Part shown: positions 47,643 to 57,666 of the stretch, piece by piece | Position numbering within the stretch: the stretch's first letter is position 1 | Layout of the letters: each line of letters starts with the position of its first letter | IMG/VR virus record: IMGVR_UViG_2861069343_000001 | DNA length: 64,000 nt | Strand: one strand, 5' to 3' | DNA from: a virus | Lineage: Duplodnaviria; Heunggongvirae; Uroviricota; Caudoviricetes | Translations under genes and position numbers: made by a program | Notes under the pieces: model-generated | The model's database searches: none | What the model was told of the DNA's origin: nothing | Seen by the model: the letters and a program-made list of their open reading frames with translations, nothing else

Positions 47643-49889
47643 CTAGCTATTGTTGTACGCCTCATACATCTGCAATCCAGTAGCAGCACCTTGTGTTGTA
47701 TCGGTGAGCGCAGTAACACGCCCTCTGGACGTAATTGTTGGTATCGAAATGTTCGCAGAACCATCAAACTTAACACCGTTGATTGTGCGGGCTGTTTGCA
47801 GTTTCGTAGCGGTTGCAGCATTGCCGGTAGTGCTCTGATTACCTGCTTTATTCACGCCCGGCAGGTCGATATTGGCACTACCATCGAACGACACTCCGCC
47901 GATTGTGCGTGCTGTTTGCAGTTTTGTGGCGGTGGATGCATTACCTGTCAAAGATCCACTAAGAGCCACGGCACTAAGAGACTTAACACTTACATCCTGA
48001 CCCCATCCGGAAACAACAACCTGACTCCACGCTGCCCAGCTTCCATTAACAACAAAGCGAACGTATATACGTTTTGTGTCGTTGCTGATCAGCGTTTGCA
48101 TGTTCGCATAATCCGAAGCAGAAACTTTGCGAGTCGACTCTACACGGAGCAAAAAGTTACCGTTTACGCCGTCAGGCTTGTTGGTGATATTTGCACCACC
48201 TCCAAAGGTTGGACAATAATAATATTTAATTGCCCCGACATCTGAGCTGATGGTCAGGTTGTTAAGATCAACCGTCTGGTCGCCAATTTTTTCCGGCTCG
48301 ATGGCTCCTGCTATCCCGGCACTAAATGTAGCAGCGGCTGAAAACGCTGTCTTACCTTTGAAAGTCTGTTGAGAACTCCAGGTATTAGCTGTGCTCAACA
48401 GGGGGATCTTTTCGCCGCTGGTTCCGATTTCTCTTAAACCAAGGTATTGGATAACAGCCAGTGTGCTTGTTTTAGCCAGGATATCGCGACCGACTGACGT
48501 TAAATCAGTCTGGGAAACAGTGTCTGTACCGGTAAAGTACGGCAATTTATTTGCGCCTGTCGCAAGACCAGCAAGCGCGGTTAAAGTTGCATCCAGAGGC
48601 TGTTTGCCTGCCAGCGCATTTGTCATTGTTGTCGCAAAGTTCGGGTCATTGCCCAGTGCTGCTGCAAGCTCATTCAGGGTATCAAGAGCTTCAGGTGATG
48701 AGCCGACCAATGCAGAGATAGCAGCTCTTACATAAGCGGTCGTAGCAATCTGCGTGTTATTCGTACCCTGTGCAGCGGTAGGCGCAGTAGGTATTCCCGT
48801 TAATGCAGGACTTGCTAAAGGAGCTTTAAGAGCCAGAGCATTGTTGATAGTTGTGCTGAAATTCGGGTCGTTATTGATCGCAGCAGCTATTTCTTTAAGC
48901 GTATCCAGTGTGCCAGGTGCACCGTTGATAAGTGCCGTTATAGCTGCCTTAACAAAGGCTGTATTTGCGATCTGCGTGCTGTTTGTACCTTGCGCTGCCG
49001 TCGGCGCGGTTGGCGTTCCTGTCAGACTCGGGCTTTCTATTGGCGCTTTGGTATCAGCCAGCTCTTTTACAGACTTAACGGCTTTAGGGGTAGCCGCCAT
49101 TGTTTCGCTGTCGCTGTTAGTTGCGCTACTGAGCTGAACTAATCCCTTTTGTGTTGTGCTTGCATCCTGCGCCGTATACTTGCTTTTAGCCAGATCGTAG
49201 GCTTTTTTAACCGCCAGCGAACTTGCAGCGACATCACTTCTGGTACTGGTTACAGAGTCGGAAATTTCAATGCCTATCGCGAGATCGATGCGGTCGGATA
49301 CATCTATCATTTCCTTAGTAATAGCAGATACGCCAGCAGGGATATTCACCGTACAAACAAGCAGTTCCCCATCTCCTAACTGATATGAATCGGTATAGGT
49401 TCTGGCAACAAATTCAGCCGCATGAATATGTGACGCGGTATTAACCTGATAAGAATCTTCTCCAAGGAGGTATCTTCCCTTCAGCACAATTGCATATTTC
49501 TTACCTGCGCTAAGTGCAAGAGAAATATCCTTACGCTGCTGAATAGTTACCTGGTAGAATTCACCAATATTCACTGACGCCGCGCCAGCGGTTTTATCAC
49601 CATCCACTGAGGTGATTAACAGGTTCATCCCACCGCCAGGCTTAGGAAAAAAACCGGCATAAAATCCAGGGTCAACAATTCCCCTGAATTTTCGGTTTAG
49701 CGCGGCTGACAGATATGGTTCGTGGTATTGCACATCAGCCACCAGAGCCAACGACTCGGGTGATGGGTAAGTAACCGATGTGACAACTGTAACGTCATTC
49801 ATCAAGCATATCCTTATGCTGTAGTCGTGTTTATGGCCATAACTGCGGTATATGTTTTGCCCACATACAGCGAGTCTTCCTGGACACAA
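47643..49889 (-). CDS. tail fibre protein (S-like) with internal repeats
   Basis: PTAPTAAQGTN[ST]TQIA repeats; C-terminal NAATATKLQTARTINGVKFDGSANI motif; start likely internal. Confidence 0.7.
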   Translation of the reverse strand: MCPGRLAVCGQNIYRSYGHKHDYSIRICLMNDVTVVTSVTYPSPESLALVADVQYHEPYLSAALNRKFRGIVDPGFYAGFFPKPGGGMNLLITSVDGDKTAGAASVNIGEFYQVTIQQRKDISLALSAGKKYAIVLKGRYLLGEDSYQVNTASHIHAAEFVARTYTDSYQLGDGELLVCTVNIPAGVSAITKEMIDVSDRIDLAIGIEISDSVTSTRSDVAASSLAVKKAYDLAKSKYTAQDASTTQKGLVQLSSATNSDSETMAATPKAVKSVKELADTKAPIESPSLTGTPTAPTAAQGTNSTQIANTAFVKAAITALINGAPGTLDTLKEIAAAINNDPNFSTTINNALALKAPLASPALTGIPTAPTAAQGTNNTQIATTAYVRAAISALVGSSPEALDTLNELAAALGNDPNFATTMTNALAGKQPLDATLTALAGLATGANKLPYFTGTDTVSQTDLTSVGRDILAKTSTLAVIQYLGLREIGTSGEKIPLLSTANTWSSQQTFKGKTAFSAAATFSAGIAGAIEPEKIGDQTVDLNNLTISSDVGAIKYYYCPTFGGGANITNKPDGVNGNFLLRVESTRKVSASDYANMQTLISNDTKRIYVRFVVNGSWAAWSQVVVSGWGQDVSVKSLSAVALSGSLTGNASTATKLQTARTIGGVSFDGSANIDLPGVNKAGNQSTTGNAATATKLQTARTINGVKFDGSANISIPTITSRGRVTALTDTTQGAATGLQMYEAYNNS

Positions 49890-50248
49890 ATAATGGCGAT
49901 TGGCTTGTTCTCGTTATCCAGAACAACCAGAGTGTTGAATGGGTAGTTTTTCCCTTTCTGCAACTGGCTTTGATCAAGGTCCATTCGGACAGTAATTATC
50001 CCGCCTGAGTAGGTTGGGACGAGGTTGATGGTGCAAAATTTACTGGTCAGTTCTGCCAGATCGAAAGCCTTTGGCAGTTCTCCAATCTCATAAGTGCCAT
50101 CTCCTTTCTTAGTAACCAGTGAACTGGTACCGAAAACGGCCTTGCTGATTAAAAATCGAGAGCCTTTGTTAATGGACGATTCAGCGCGCCGCTGATAGTA
50201 ATAGTCCAACAACTGACTCTTATAGAGGTTTGTTGAGACGTCAGACAT
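49814..50248 (-). CDS. tail-fibre-associated structural protein (P1 R position)
   Basis: 144-aa ORF upstream of tail fibre gene. Confidence 0.45.
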   Translation of the reverse strand: MSDVSTNLYKSQLLDYYYQRRAESSINKGSRFLISKAVFGTSSLVTKKGDGTYEIGELPKAFDLAELTSKFCTINLVPTYSGGIITVRMDLDQSQLQKGKNYPFNTLVVLDNENKPIAIICVQEDSLYVGKTYTAVMAINTTTA

Positions 50249-50299
50249 GATTTTCCCTAATCAATGTTGTGAAGCCTCATTGTAAGAGAAGTAACTTGT

Positions 50300-50322
50300 C
50301 ACCCCGCCCTGCGGACGGGGTG
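50300..50322. terminator. hairpin after leftward gene stop
   Basis: CACCCCG-CCCTGCGGA-CGGGGTG; weak T-tract. Confidence 0.3.
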
Positions 50323-50326
50323 ATTG

Positions 50327-51166
50327 TCAGGCGTCGCTATCCAGCAACAAATCATCTGCGCGTGTGCGATCAAACGTAGGTGTCGCTTTCACAATAGTGC
50401 CACCAGGCGTTGCGGTGATCGGGGCGCTAATCGACGTAACTCCAGTAAGCGAAGTTGTATCCGAAGTTTCAAACCAGCAGTACGCTTTTTCGGTATCAGA
50501 AATCTCGTTCAAAGTGATCATGTCGGCCTGTTCATTCACAACAACCGACAAATAGAGCGTAAGCCCATCAAACACTATATGCAGTGGCAGTAGAGGCTTT
50601 ACGAACTGATTAAACTTTCTGAGAATTTCTTCTGTAATTGCGGACTGATCTATCGTGCCAGTAATACCCATTGTCCGGGCCAGGTCGTTTATGGGAATAC
50701 TGATCATCCCTCTGGAAGTCAGAAACATCTCGCCGAATGTGCCGCCGGTAGTTTCCAGTGTGCTTTCTGGTATTAGAACTGTGCCATAGGGATGACGTTC
50801 AAGGTCCACCGGTGCATATATCGGATCCCATAAAACAGAAATACCATTAAATTCGCGGTAAATTGTCTGGTTTATAGGGCGTTCAGTCCCCTTAAAGTGA
50901 ATCTCATCAAGCCGCTGTTGTAACAACATCGGAACGGAAGATGAGTTTGAGGTTCTGATAGTAAAGAACTGGCCAAGTTCATTTGTCCTGGTCTCCAGAT
51001 CCTCCTTGCTCATGGAAAAAATAGACTTCCGGTTGGTAATTCGCTCCAACCATGGGTCAACAAAGGTGTCCATCATTGACTGAACCAAATCAGCCAATGA
51101 TTTATAGAGCAATGACTTTTGCTTAGCTGATGTAAGCCGATTATTAAACCAGGAACGTTGCATCAC
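50327..51166 (-). CDS. baseplate/tail structural protein
   Basis: 279-aa ORF coupled to upstream gene. Confidence 0.45.
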   Translation of the reverse strand: MMQRSWFNNRLTSAKQKSLLYKSLADLVQSMMDTFVDPWLERITNRKSIFSMSKEDLETRTNELGQFFTIRTSNSSSVPMLLQQRLDEIHFKGTERPINQTIYREFNGISVLWDPIYAPVDLERHPYGTVLIPESTLETTGGTFGEMFLTSRGMISIPINDLARTMGITGTIDQSAITEEILRKFNQFVKPLLPLHIVFDGLTLYLSVVVNEQADMITLNEISDTEKAYCWFETSDTTSLTGVTSISAPITATPGGTIVKATPTFDRTRADDLLLDSDA

Positions 51167-52596
51167 TCCTCCTCATACGAAATATTAAAGGTGGAGTTTT
51201 CTGTATCCAGATAAACGAAATCGTAAAAGCCGTTGGACTCATTCCACTCGACAAATTCCAGATAAAAGTCGCGGAAATAACCCAGCGTTTCGATAAATGC
51301 CCAAACGTCTTTTTTCTTGATCAGGATGTACTTGCCGACACCGTTCGGATCAAAGAAATTTGAGTCGCGCCCAAATTTTGTTTCCAGTGCCGACTTCAAC
51401 TCATCAGTCACGTTCTCAATAGTCAGGCTTGCCGATATCCGCCCGGTGATGGTTATCTTAAATGGTAGTTTTCTGACCTCTTTATAAGAGAATTTCTTGT
51501 TCAGTTCATTCGGTACCTTCTTAAAGGCAGTCAGGATCATTTCTTCAAGCTCTGACTGGCTTTTATTTGGATGCCATCCTGAAATAAATATCTTATTGAT
51601 ATTCTGAACATTATAAGCACCATCTAATTTCTCTTGCTGGCCTTCGCCCCATGCCTTTACCCAGGACAGCCCCGGGATGTTACGAACCAGAAAATACGTA
51701 TAGTCCCCGCCCCATACGACCTGATCATCATAGGCAAGGTAATATTGTGCACGGTTACGTGTGATCTCCGTTGTTTCAGCATCGGTACCTGCGGTTATAG
51801 GTGTCGTTGTCTTAACTGAAATCAAATTAGCTAAATTAGCCGCAGAATCGACAGGCGTCAGGTTTTGGCCAGCAACCAGGGTTATATCGCCGTTGGTGCA
51901 CCATACCTTAAGCGTAATTGTCGAACCTTCTGGCGGTATTTGCCCAATTAGCCCATCGCCGAATCGAACCCCCAACTGCTCGGATGGTTTATAAAACTCA
52001 ACGTAGACCTGGCTTTTACTACCGGCTAACCGGAACATAGTGCTGGAAGACCACTGCGTGGTCTTACCATCGGTCGTCACGAATACTTCCAGCTTATAGC
52101 AGACAGCAGTAAGAGCCTTTGATAACACGACTTCCAGAAATTCTTTGGCTGCCGTAACGGTATATGTCACCTCCTGGATTTCCAACTGTGCCACTTCTAC
52201 CGTACCGGTGCCGTCAACCAACCTGCATACATCCATAGTCATGTAAGGGTACTGGTCGTCAGATATTAAAGGCATGTTTTTGGGGATTACCGCTGGGGCA
52301 TCTTCACTTGTGGCGGTGATCTCAATCATCCCCGATGACGGTGTTGGCTTGGTACCAACGTAACTATTCGTTTCTGCCGCTGCCAGGATAGAGGAACGCC
52401 GCGTCGCGGTCGATATAAAGCCTTCAGCCAGCGCCGCATCGGCATACTGAAAGCACCTGTAGACAATCTGGGTAATAAACAATGTCAGCATCGAGACAAA
52501 TTGAGAGCCGACAAACTTCGACCAGAATGAATCTTTCTCGACAAGCTCTTCAAACTCTGCACGAATACTGTCTTTAGTCGGTGTTGTTTTACTCAT
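51163..52596 (-). CDS. baseplate protein (P1 bplA position)
   Basis: 477-aa ORF. Confidence 0.5.
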   Translation of the reverse strand: MSKTTPTKDSIRAEFEELVEKDSFWSKFVGSQFVSMLTLFITQIVYRCFQYADAALAEGFISTATRRSSILAAAETNSYVGTKPTPSSGMIEITATSEDAPAVIPKNMPLISDDQYPYMTMDVCRLVDGTGTVEVAQLEIQEVTYTVTAAKEFLEVVLSKALTAVCYKLEVFVTTDGKTTQWSSSTMFRLAGSKSQVYVEFYKPSEQLGVRFGDGLIGQIPPEGSTITLKVWCTNGDITLVAGQNLTPVDSAANLANLISVKTTTPITAGTDAETTEITRNRAQYYLAYDDQVVWGGDYTYFLVRNIPGLSWVKAWGEGQQEKLDGAYNVQNINKIFISGWHPNKSQSELEEMILTAFKKVPNELNKKFSYKEVRKLPFKITITGRISASLTIENVTDELKSALETKFGRDSNFFDPNGVGKYILIKKKDVWAFIETLGYFRDFYLEFVEWNESNGFYDFVYLDTENSTFNISYEEE

Positions 52597-52952
52597 AGCA
52601 CCACGTCCTGTGTGATAGTTATATCCCTGATACGAATGGATATTTTCAACTTATCAAAAGCATCTCCCTCGGCTACTGACAAGCCAGAAATCGGTATGTC
52701 AGGTAAATCTACCGTCAGTTTTTGCAACAGCATTGCCTCAACCGCAATTTGAACATGCGACAAGTTGGTCGGTTCGTGTTTAAACTGCGGTAAAACATTG
52801 CCCCATGACGGATCTCCGTATACCTCACCCTGATAAGTGTTTAGCCACTCATATAAACGAGCGCCCCAGGCCTCCTCCTGGGACTCATACGTTTTTACGC
52901 CGGATAACTCCAGCGTCAGCAAAGGATCAATTTCGTTATTGTTGGCCATCAA
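52593..52952 (-). CDS. baseplate-associated small protein
   Basis: 119-aa ORF coupled between sit and the baseplate gene. Confidence 0.4.
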   Translation of the reverse strand: MMANNNEIDPLLTLELSGVKTYESQEEAWGARLYEWLNTYQGEVYGDPSWGNVLPQFKHEPTNLSHVQIAVEAMLLQKLTVDLPDIPISGLSVAEGDAFDKLKISIRIRDITITQDVVL

Positions 52953-55900
52953 TCAACTCTCGCGTAGTCATTCATCAACGGATCATCAATTGACAGTGGT
53001 ACCGTGCGCATAACGCCCGGCTGAGGCGTGCTGACCTTTACGACAGTTCCCTGGCCTTTCGCCGAGTCTTTGGTGTGCTCTTCAATCCTGGCAAGCAATG
53101 AGGTCATCTGCGCAAACAGCCGCTTCGTTTCACCATCAAGTGAAACGGTATTATCAGCCAACTGCATTGTCGGCTTGGCACCGGAACCGCCAAGGTCACT
53201 AATAACCTGCCCGTCTATCTGCATACGACCGGTTGGTTGCTGCAAATCGTTGGCGGCAGTCGTCACCTTGGACGTGGAGGCTGGTTCAGTCGCATTATTT
53301 TTCCGCATCCCCGGCGAGTTGCGGAGTTTATCGAATAGTCCATCAATCCCCATTTGTGCGCCGAGTTGGTCAAAGTAACTTGAGTTGCTGGCCACCGGAC
53401 GCACCTCTTCAACTGGCATCGGAGTATCAACATACACATTGCCAGCTGCTGTTGCGGTCCCCTTCCCTCGTGCACGTTCTTCGAGCGTTCCCTGAACGAC
53501 TTCCCGACGCATACCCCGGCCATTCATGAATTTGTTGACCAGATCGTTAACGCCAACAGCATTGCCGATTTTGTCTACCAGACCGCCTTTCTCAAACGGG
53601 CTATCACCAGGGGTAAACGCCAGGCCAGTAGACTGATCGATAACAGCGTTATCAGGCAGTGGTCCCCTCACTCCATATTGCGCCCCACCCTGTGCTCCTG
53701 CTCCAGGTGTATAGATTTCACCACCTAAATAGCGAGCACGATGAGTATTGACCTTGATCGCGTACTCACGGTTTTCTTTCGATAAGTCACCTGTGCCTTT
53801 TTTCCACTTATTGATAGTGCCAAACCCAGCGTTATATGCAGTGATGGCCTCGTTTAAGTCTCCATTGGCTTGCTTCAGATACTTGCTCATGAGAAGAGCC
53901 GCAGCTTCTGCCGATTTCACAGGATCAAACGATTCACCTTCAGCTAAGCCAGTCTCTTCACGAGCAATCCCCGTGAACTGAAACATTCCCAGAGCACCGG
54001 TTTGGGATTTTGCATACGGATTACCACCAGATTCAGTTGCAGCAATCGCGTAAAGAGTACCTTCAGGAAGGCCATATTTATTCTCTAGTTCAGCAAAATA
54101 CGGAGCCAACTTATCGAGATTTGCCTTACCTTCAGCGCCAAGACTTCCGACTTTTACATACAAGTTGCCATTATTGTAGGTATCCGCAGCTTTCTGAATG
54201 TCATTCCTGGTGCCAGTGGTATTAAGCGAGGATGATGACGAGCTATTTTGACCAATAGCTTTATCAATTTTCTGCAACGCGCTATTGCCCGTTTCTACGG
54301 CATTTGCATTGATAATCTGATTGGCAGTTTGTTTAACTGTTTTATTGCTATCTTTCGCTGTGTCCAGTGCCGCATTTATCACGCGGGTAGCAATATTAGT
54401 CTGTTTGGCATCGGATTCAGTTTTAGAATCAGATGTCTCCTGGTGGCTATTAACCGGAGCTTTTAACTCTGGAGCGATTTCTTTCGCATTAGCCTCGCTA
54501 TTAACCGGAGCTTTTAACTCTGGAGTGATTTCTTTCGCATTAGCCTCGCCGATCGGATTGGGTATTTTTGATACAATCATTGCCGCAGGGGTATTTTTAA
54601 CGGCATCAACCGCTGCATCTAATGCTTTACCAGGTAAATTTTTAACCCCATCCCAAATATTACCAGCCGCCTCTTTAATGTGTTTCCCTGGGTTCTTAAT
54701 GAAATCAATTGCACTATCAATTGCATCACTGAAAACCTGTTTCAGGTTATCAACAGTAAAGAAGTCTTTGATGGCATCCAGCTTTTCAAGCAGCTTATTA
54801 GATGTATCGCTAAACCATGCTGAAACAGCATCACCAATCTTTGCTGTGTAATCTTCGAACTTGGTAGAAATGGTGTCGCCAAGGTTAGAAATATATGTTT
54901 CTAAGTTGGTAATCCCACTATCAATGGCCTGGGCAATACTTTCCGTCGAAAATGATTGCAACATATTGCCGATATCCTCAAATCCAAGTGATTTGAGAAC
55001 CTCACCAATGGCGCTGCTAATACCAGATACCAGTCCCCCCATATCAAGAACATTGGCTAACGTATAAGCGGCTTTTTGCTGGAATGATGGATCTTGTCCT
55101 GATTTAAGCCCAAACGCTCGACGTTGCGCTTCTGTATCATTCCAACCGGTTACCGCATCATAAATACCTCCAGCCACTGTGCCGACTAAGGGAATTGCGC
55201 GTAACGCCCCTTTACCAACTGCCTTTAATCCAAGTTTACCTGCTGCCCGGGCAGCCAAATCTCCACCTTCATGGGCGATAGTCTTCTTGCCACCACCGCG
55301 TAGCATTCCTACAAGTTTCTTTGCCCCCAGAGCGCCAAAAGCGAGTGCTCCAGCTTTTTTCAGCATGCCACGCCCCATTAACAACGACGCGACGCCACCG
55401 GCCCCCTTCCCTAACAGGCTAAATAGTTTGGACAGCAAGCCGCCCTTCTTTTTCCCGGTGTTTTTGGCTATCTGATCAAGGGCGCTGAGAATCTTGTCAT
55501 TGCCCTCTTTAATTTCGCTGGTCTGCTCCTGAAGTTCCTGAACTGTCCGTTTTTGGGTGTTAACCTGAACGACATCGGCACTATTTTGCGATTTACGCCT
55601 AAAAAAACCTTTTCTACGGCTGTTATCGTCATTGCCACGAATCACATCGGCAATAGACTTTCTGGCACCATTAAGCGATCCACCAACTTCTTTTGATATC
55701 CCGCCAAGCTCCTTCCCTGCTGCCCACAATGGACCAGCAACGGCATAACCTAACGCATCAACGGCACGAGTCTCTGAAGGGTTACCTATGCCTTCAGCTA
55801 CTTTTGACAGTTTTTTTAATAAACCTGATTCAGCATTTAGACGCTCATCATCCTCTTTGCGCCTGGCCTTTTCAGCACGTTCAGCACGGGCATCTTCCGT

Positions 55901-56689
55901 TGCGGCCTTACTCCCTAACTTTCCAATAAAACGACCACGCGCATCGCGTTGGTTTTGGCTTTTTTGCGCACCGCCTTTTTGATCGAACATTTCGCGAGCG
56001 TGTTCGGCTGCTTCGGTCCGTTGTGCCTTTATATCCTCTGGTATAGCCTTCCTGCGTCGTTTTTTACCCTTTGGTGTAGTTGATTTGGCCTGCTGTTCCT
56101 GTTGAGCAATGCCCTCCTGAACTACACGAGAAACGTCCCCTAAATTAAGCCGTTTCATTGCGTCAACAATAGGGTCTACTGATGGCACATTGGCCACAAA
56201 GTCTGGCCGGGAATTTTCGATTGTTCGATTTAATGCCGACACACTGCGAGATACTGGGTCAACCGTTGCAACGCGTTCCCCTTTCAAATCACGAGCGAGT
56301 TTGACCGTTTCTAACCGCTGTGCTTTAACATCCTCTGTTATTGCCTCTCTTCGTCTATTTGGGGGATTGTGCGCTGTTGGTGCAGCCTGCTGTTCACGGT
56401 TAGTGACTTTGTCCTCCCGTATACGAGAAACGTCCCCTAAATTAAGCCGTTTTATTGCGTCAACAATAGGGTCCACTGATGGCGCATTGGTCACAAAGTC
56501 AGGACGTGAATTTTCGATTGTGCGATTTAATGCCGACACACTGCGAGATACTGGGTCAACAGTTGCAACTCGTTCCCCTTTCAAATCTTCAACAGCTTCC
56601 CGAATACCTGCAAGCTCTTCCAGCTCTTTCGCGCTGGCGGTTTCAACTGTCCTTATAATATCGTCAATATTGGCGTTTTTTCTTTCCAT
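52949..56689 (-). CDS. sit: Sit-like injection transglycosylase / tape-measure protein
   Basis: 1246 aa; Gly/Ala/Lys-rich central region; lytic transglycosylase motif LYAIAATESGGNPYAKSQTGALGMFQF. Confidence 0.8.
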   Translation of the reverse strand: MERKNANIDDIIRTVETASAKELEELAGIREAVEDLKGERVATVDPVSRSVSALNRTIENSRPDFVTNAPSVDPIVDAIKRLNLGDVSRIREDKVTNREQQAAPTAHNPPNRRREAITEDVKAQRLETVKLARDLKGERVATVDPVSRSVSALNRTIENSRPDFVANVPSVDPIVDAMKRLNLGDVSRVVQEGIAQQEQQAKSTTPKGKKRRRKAIPEDIKAQRTEAAEHAREMFDQKGGAQKSQNQRDARGRFIGKLGSKAATEDARAERAEKARRKEDDERLNAESGLLKKLSKVAEGIGNPSETRAVDALGYAVAGPLWAAGKELGGISKEVGGSLNGARKSIADVIRGNDDNSRRKGFFRRKSQNSADVVQVNTQKRTVQELQEQTSEIKEGNDKILSALDQIAKNTGKKKGGLLSKLFSLLGKGAGGVASLLMGRGMLKKAGALAFGALGAKKLVGMLRGGGKKTIAHEGGDLAARAAGKLGLKAVGKGALRAIPLVGTVAGGIYDAVTGWNDTEAQRRAFGLKSGQDPSFQQKAAYTLANVLDMGGLVSGISSAIGEVLKSLGFEDIGNMLQSFSTESIAQAIDSGITNLETYISNLGDTISTKFEDYTAKIGDAVSAWFSDTSNKLLEKLDAIKDFFTVDNLKQVFSDAIDSAIDFIKNPGKHIKEAAGNIWDGVKNLPGKALDAAVDAVKNTPAAMIVSKIPNPIGEANAKEITPELKAPVNSEANAKEIAPELKAPVNSHQETSDSKTESDAKQTNIATRVINAALDTAKDSNKTVKQTANQIINANAVETGNSALQKIDKAIGQNSSSSSSLNTTGTRNDIQKAADTYNNGNLYVKVGSLGAEGKANLDKLAPYFAELENKYGLPEGTLYAIAATESGGNPYAKSQTGALGMFQFTGIAREETGLAEGESFDPVKSAEAAALLMSKYLKQANGDLNEAITAYNAGFGTINKWKKGTGDLSKENREYAIKVNTHRARYLGGEIYTPGAGAQGGAQYGVRGPLPDNAVIDQSTGLAFTPGDSPFEKGGLVDKIGNAVGVNDLVNKFMNGRGMRREVVQGTLEERARGKGTATAAGNVYVDTPMPVEEVRPVASNSSYFDQLGAQMGIDGLFDKLRNSPGMRKNNATEPASTSKVTTAANDLQQPTGRMQIDGQVISDLGGSGAKPTMQLADNTVSLDGETKRLFAQMTSLLARIEEHTKDSAKGQGTVVKVSTPQPGVMRTVPLSIDDPLMNDYARVD
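54449..54550. repeat. 51-bp tandem direct repeat x2 inside sit
   Basis: ATTAACCGGAGCTTTTAACTCTGGAG[C/T]GATTTCTTTCGCATTAGCCTCGC repeated. Confidence 0.8.
56120..56590. repeat. imperfect direct repeat of about 170 bp, two copies 297 bp apart, inside sit
   Basis: ACGAGAAACGTCCCCTAAATTAAGCCGTTT...CCCTTTCAAATC at 56126 and 56423; protein repeat KGERVATVDPVSRSVSALNRTIENSRPDFV. Confidence 0.75.
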
Positions 56690-56770
56690 GATCTTATCGC
56701 CTACCGTTTCGGTTTAAGTTTTTCTTCCAGTTTCTCCAACAGGAAAAACGCATAGGATTCAGTAAGCCTT

Positions 56771-57652
56771 TCAGCGTCCTGAATCGGTATACCCCCATAC
56801 AAAACCAGGTTGGACACTAAGGTCTGATAGCTTTTCAATCCCCACCTGTGGAATGAAGTCGGTAGCCCGAAAGGGCACCCACAGACGGGTATATGCACCC
56901 TCTGTGGACTCCTTTTTATCCTGATTTGGGCATTTATGCGGCGGGAGACGAAGACGCATTTCACCTTTATCGATGTAGCACGGTAAACCATGCTCGAGCT
57001 TTTCATGAGCCAGTCGGATGTGTGCCGCCAGCTTCATAAATTCAGTATCAATGGCCATCCGTTTAATCGTTTCATAACGACGCTCAGCCTGATCTTCACG
57101 AGTACCGCTAACATCGTTATAAAGCTCACACTGATAAGCGAATTCCCAAAAACGCAAATCAACGATCGCTTCTTTGAATTCCGCGTCGTCTTCAGGTGGC
57201 AATGCTGCACGGCGCATCTCCAGCATTTCCATTGCCCAACCATCAAGCGGCACGATACGCCATTGATAAGGTACTCCCTCTACAGACACCTCAATATCGT
57301 CAATGAAAGGTTCCACTTCCAGGACCTGGATATCTTCAGCCAGAGCATTCATATCGCAATCGTAATAATGCTCTTTACCGCAATGTTTACAGGTGTAGGT
57401 GAATGTCTCGACCGGTGTTTCACGGGAGCCGGTAAATATCCACCATAACGCGGTAATCCGGTCCTGCGCCGTCCATGTCAGGGGATCATGTTTCGCGGGT
57501 TCAGCCAGCAAGGCTTTTAAATACGCCGTTGTCTGTTGTTCTTGTTCCTCCGGTGTTATCGAGTTGAAACGCATCGCATCAGCAATATTTGGCTGACGGA
57601 ACTGGATCAATTCAGTTGGCCGCGATGGTAGCGGGAAAAGAGGTAAAAGCAT
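56771..57652 (-). CDS. tail morphogenesis protein (P1 pmgB position)
   Basis: 293-aa ORF. Confidence 0.45.
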   Translation of the reverse strand: MLLPLFPLPSRPTELIQFRQPNIADAMRFNSITPEEQEQQTTAYLKALLAEPAKHDPLTWTAQDRITALWWIFTGSRETPVETFTYTCKHCGKEHYYDCDMNALAEDIQVLEVEPFIDDIEVSVEGVPYQWRIVPLDGWAMEMLEMRRAALPPEDDAEFKEAIVDLRFWEFAYQCELYNDVSGTREDQAERRYETIKRMAIDTEFMKLAAHIRLAHEKLEHGLPCYIDKGEMRLRLPPHKCPNQDKKESTEGAYTRLWVPFRATDFIPQVGIEKLSDLSVQPGFVWGYTDSGR

Positions 57653-57666
57653 CCTTGCTCCTTAAT

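Noticed and set aside
53028-56717. Plus-strand ORFs inside sit
   Set aside because: They are antisense to sit and have low-complexity composition that mirrors the Gly/Ala-rich sit region.
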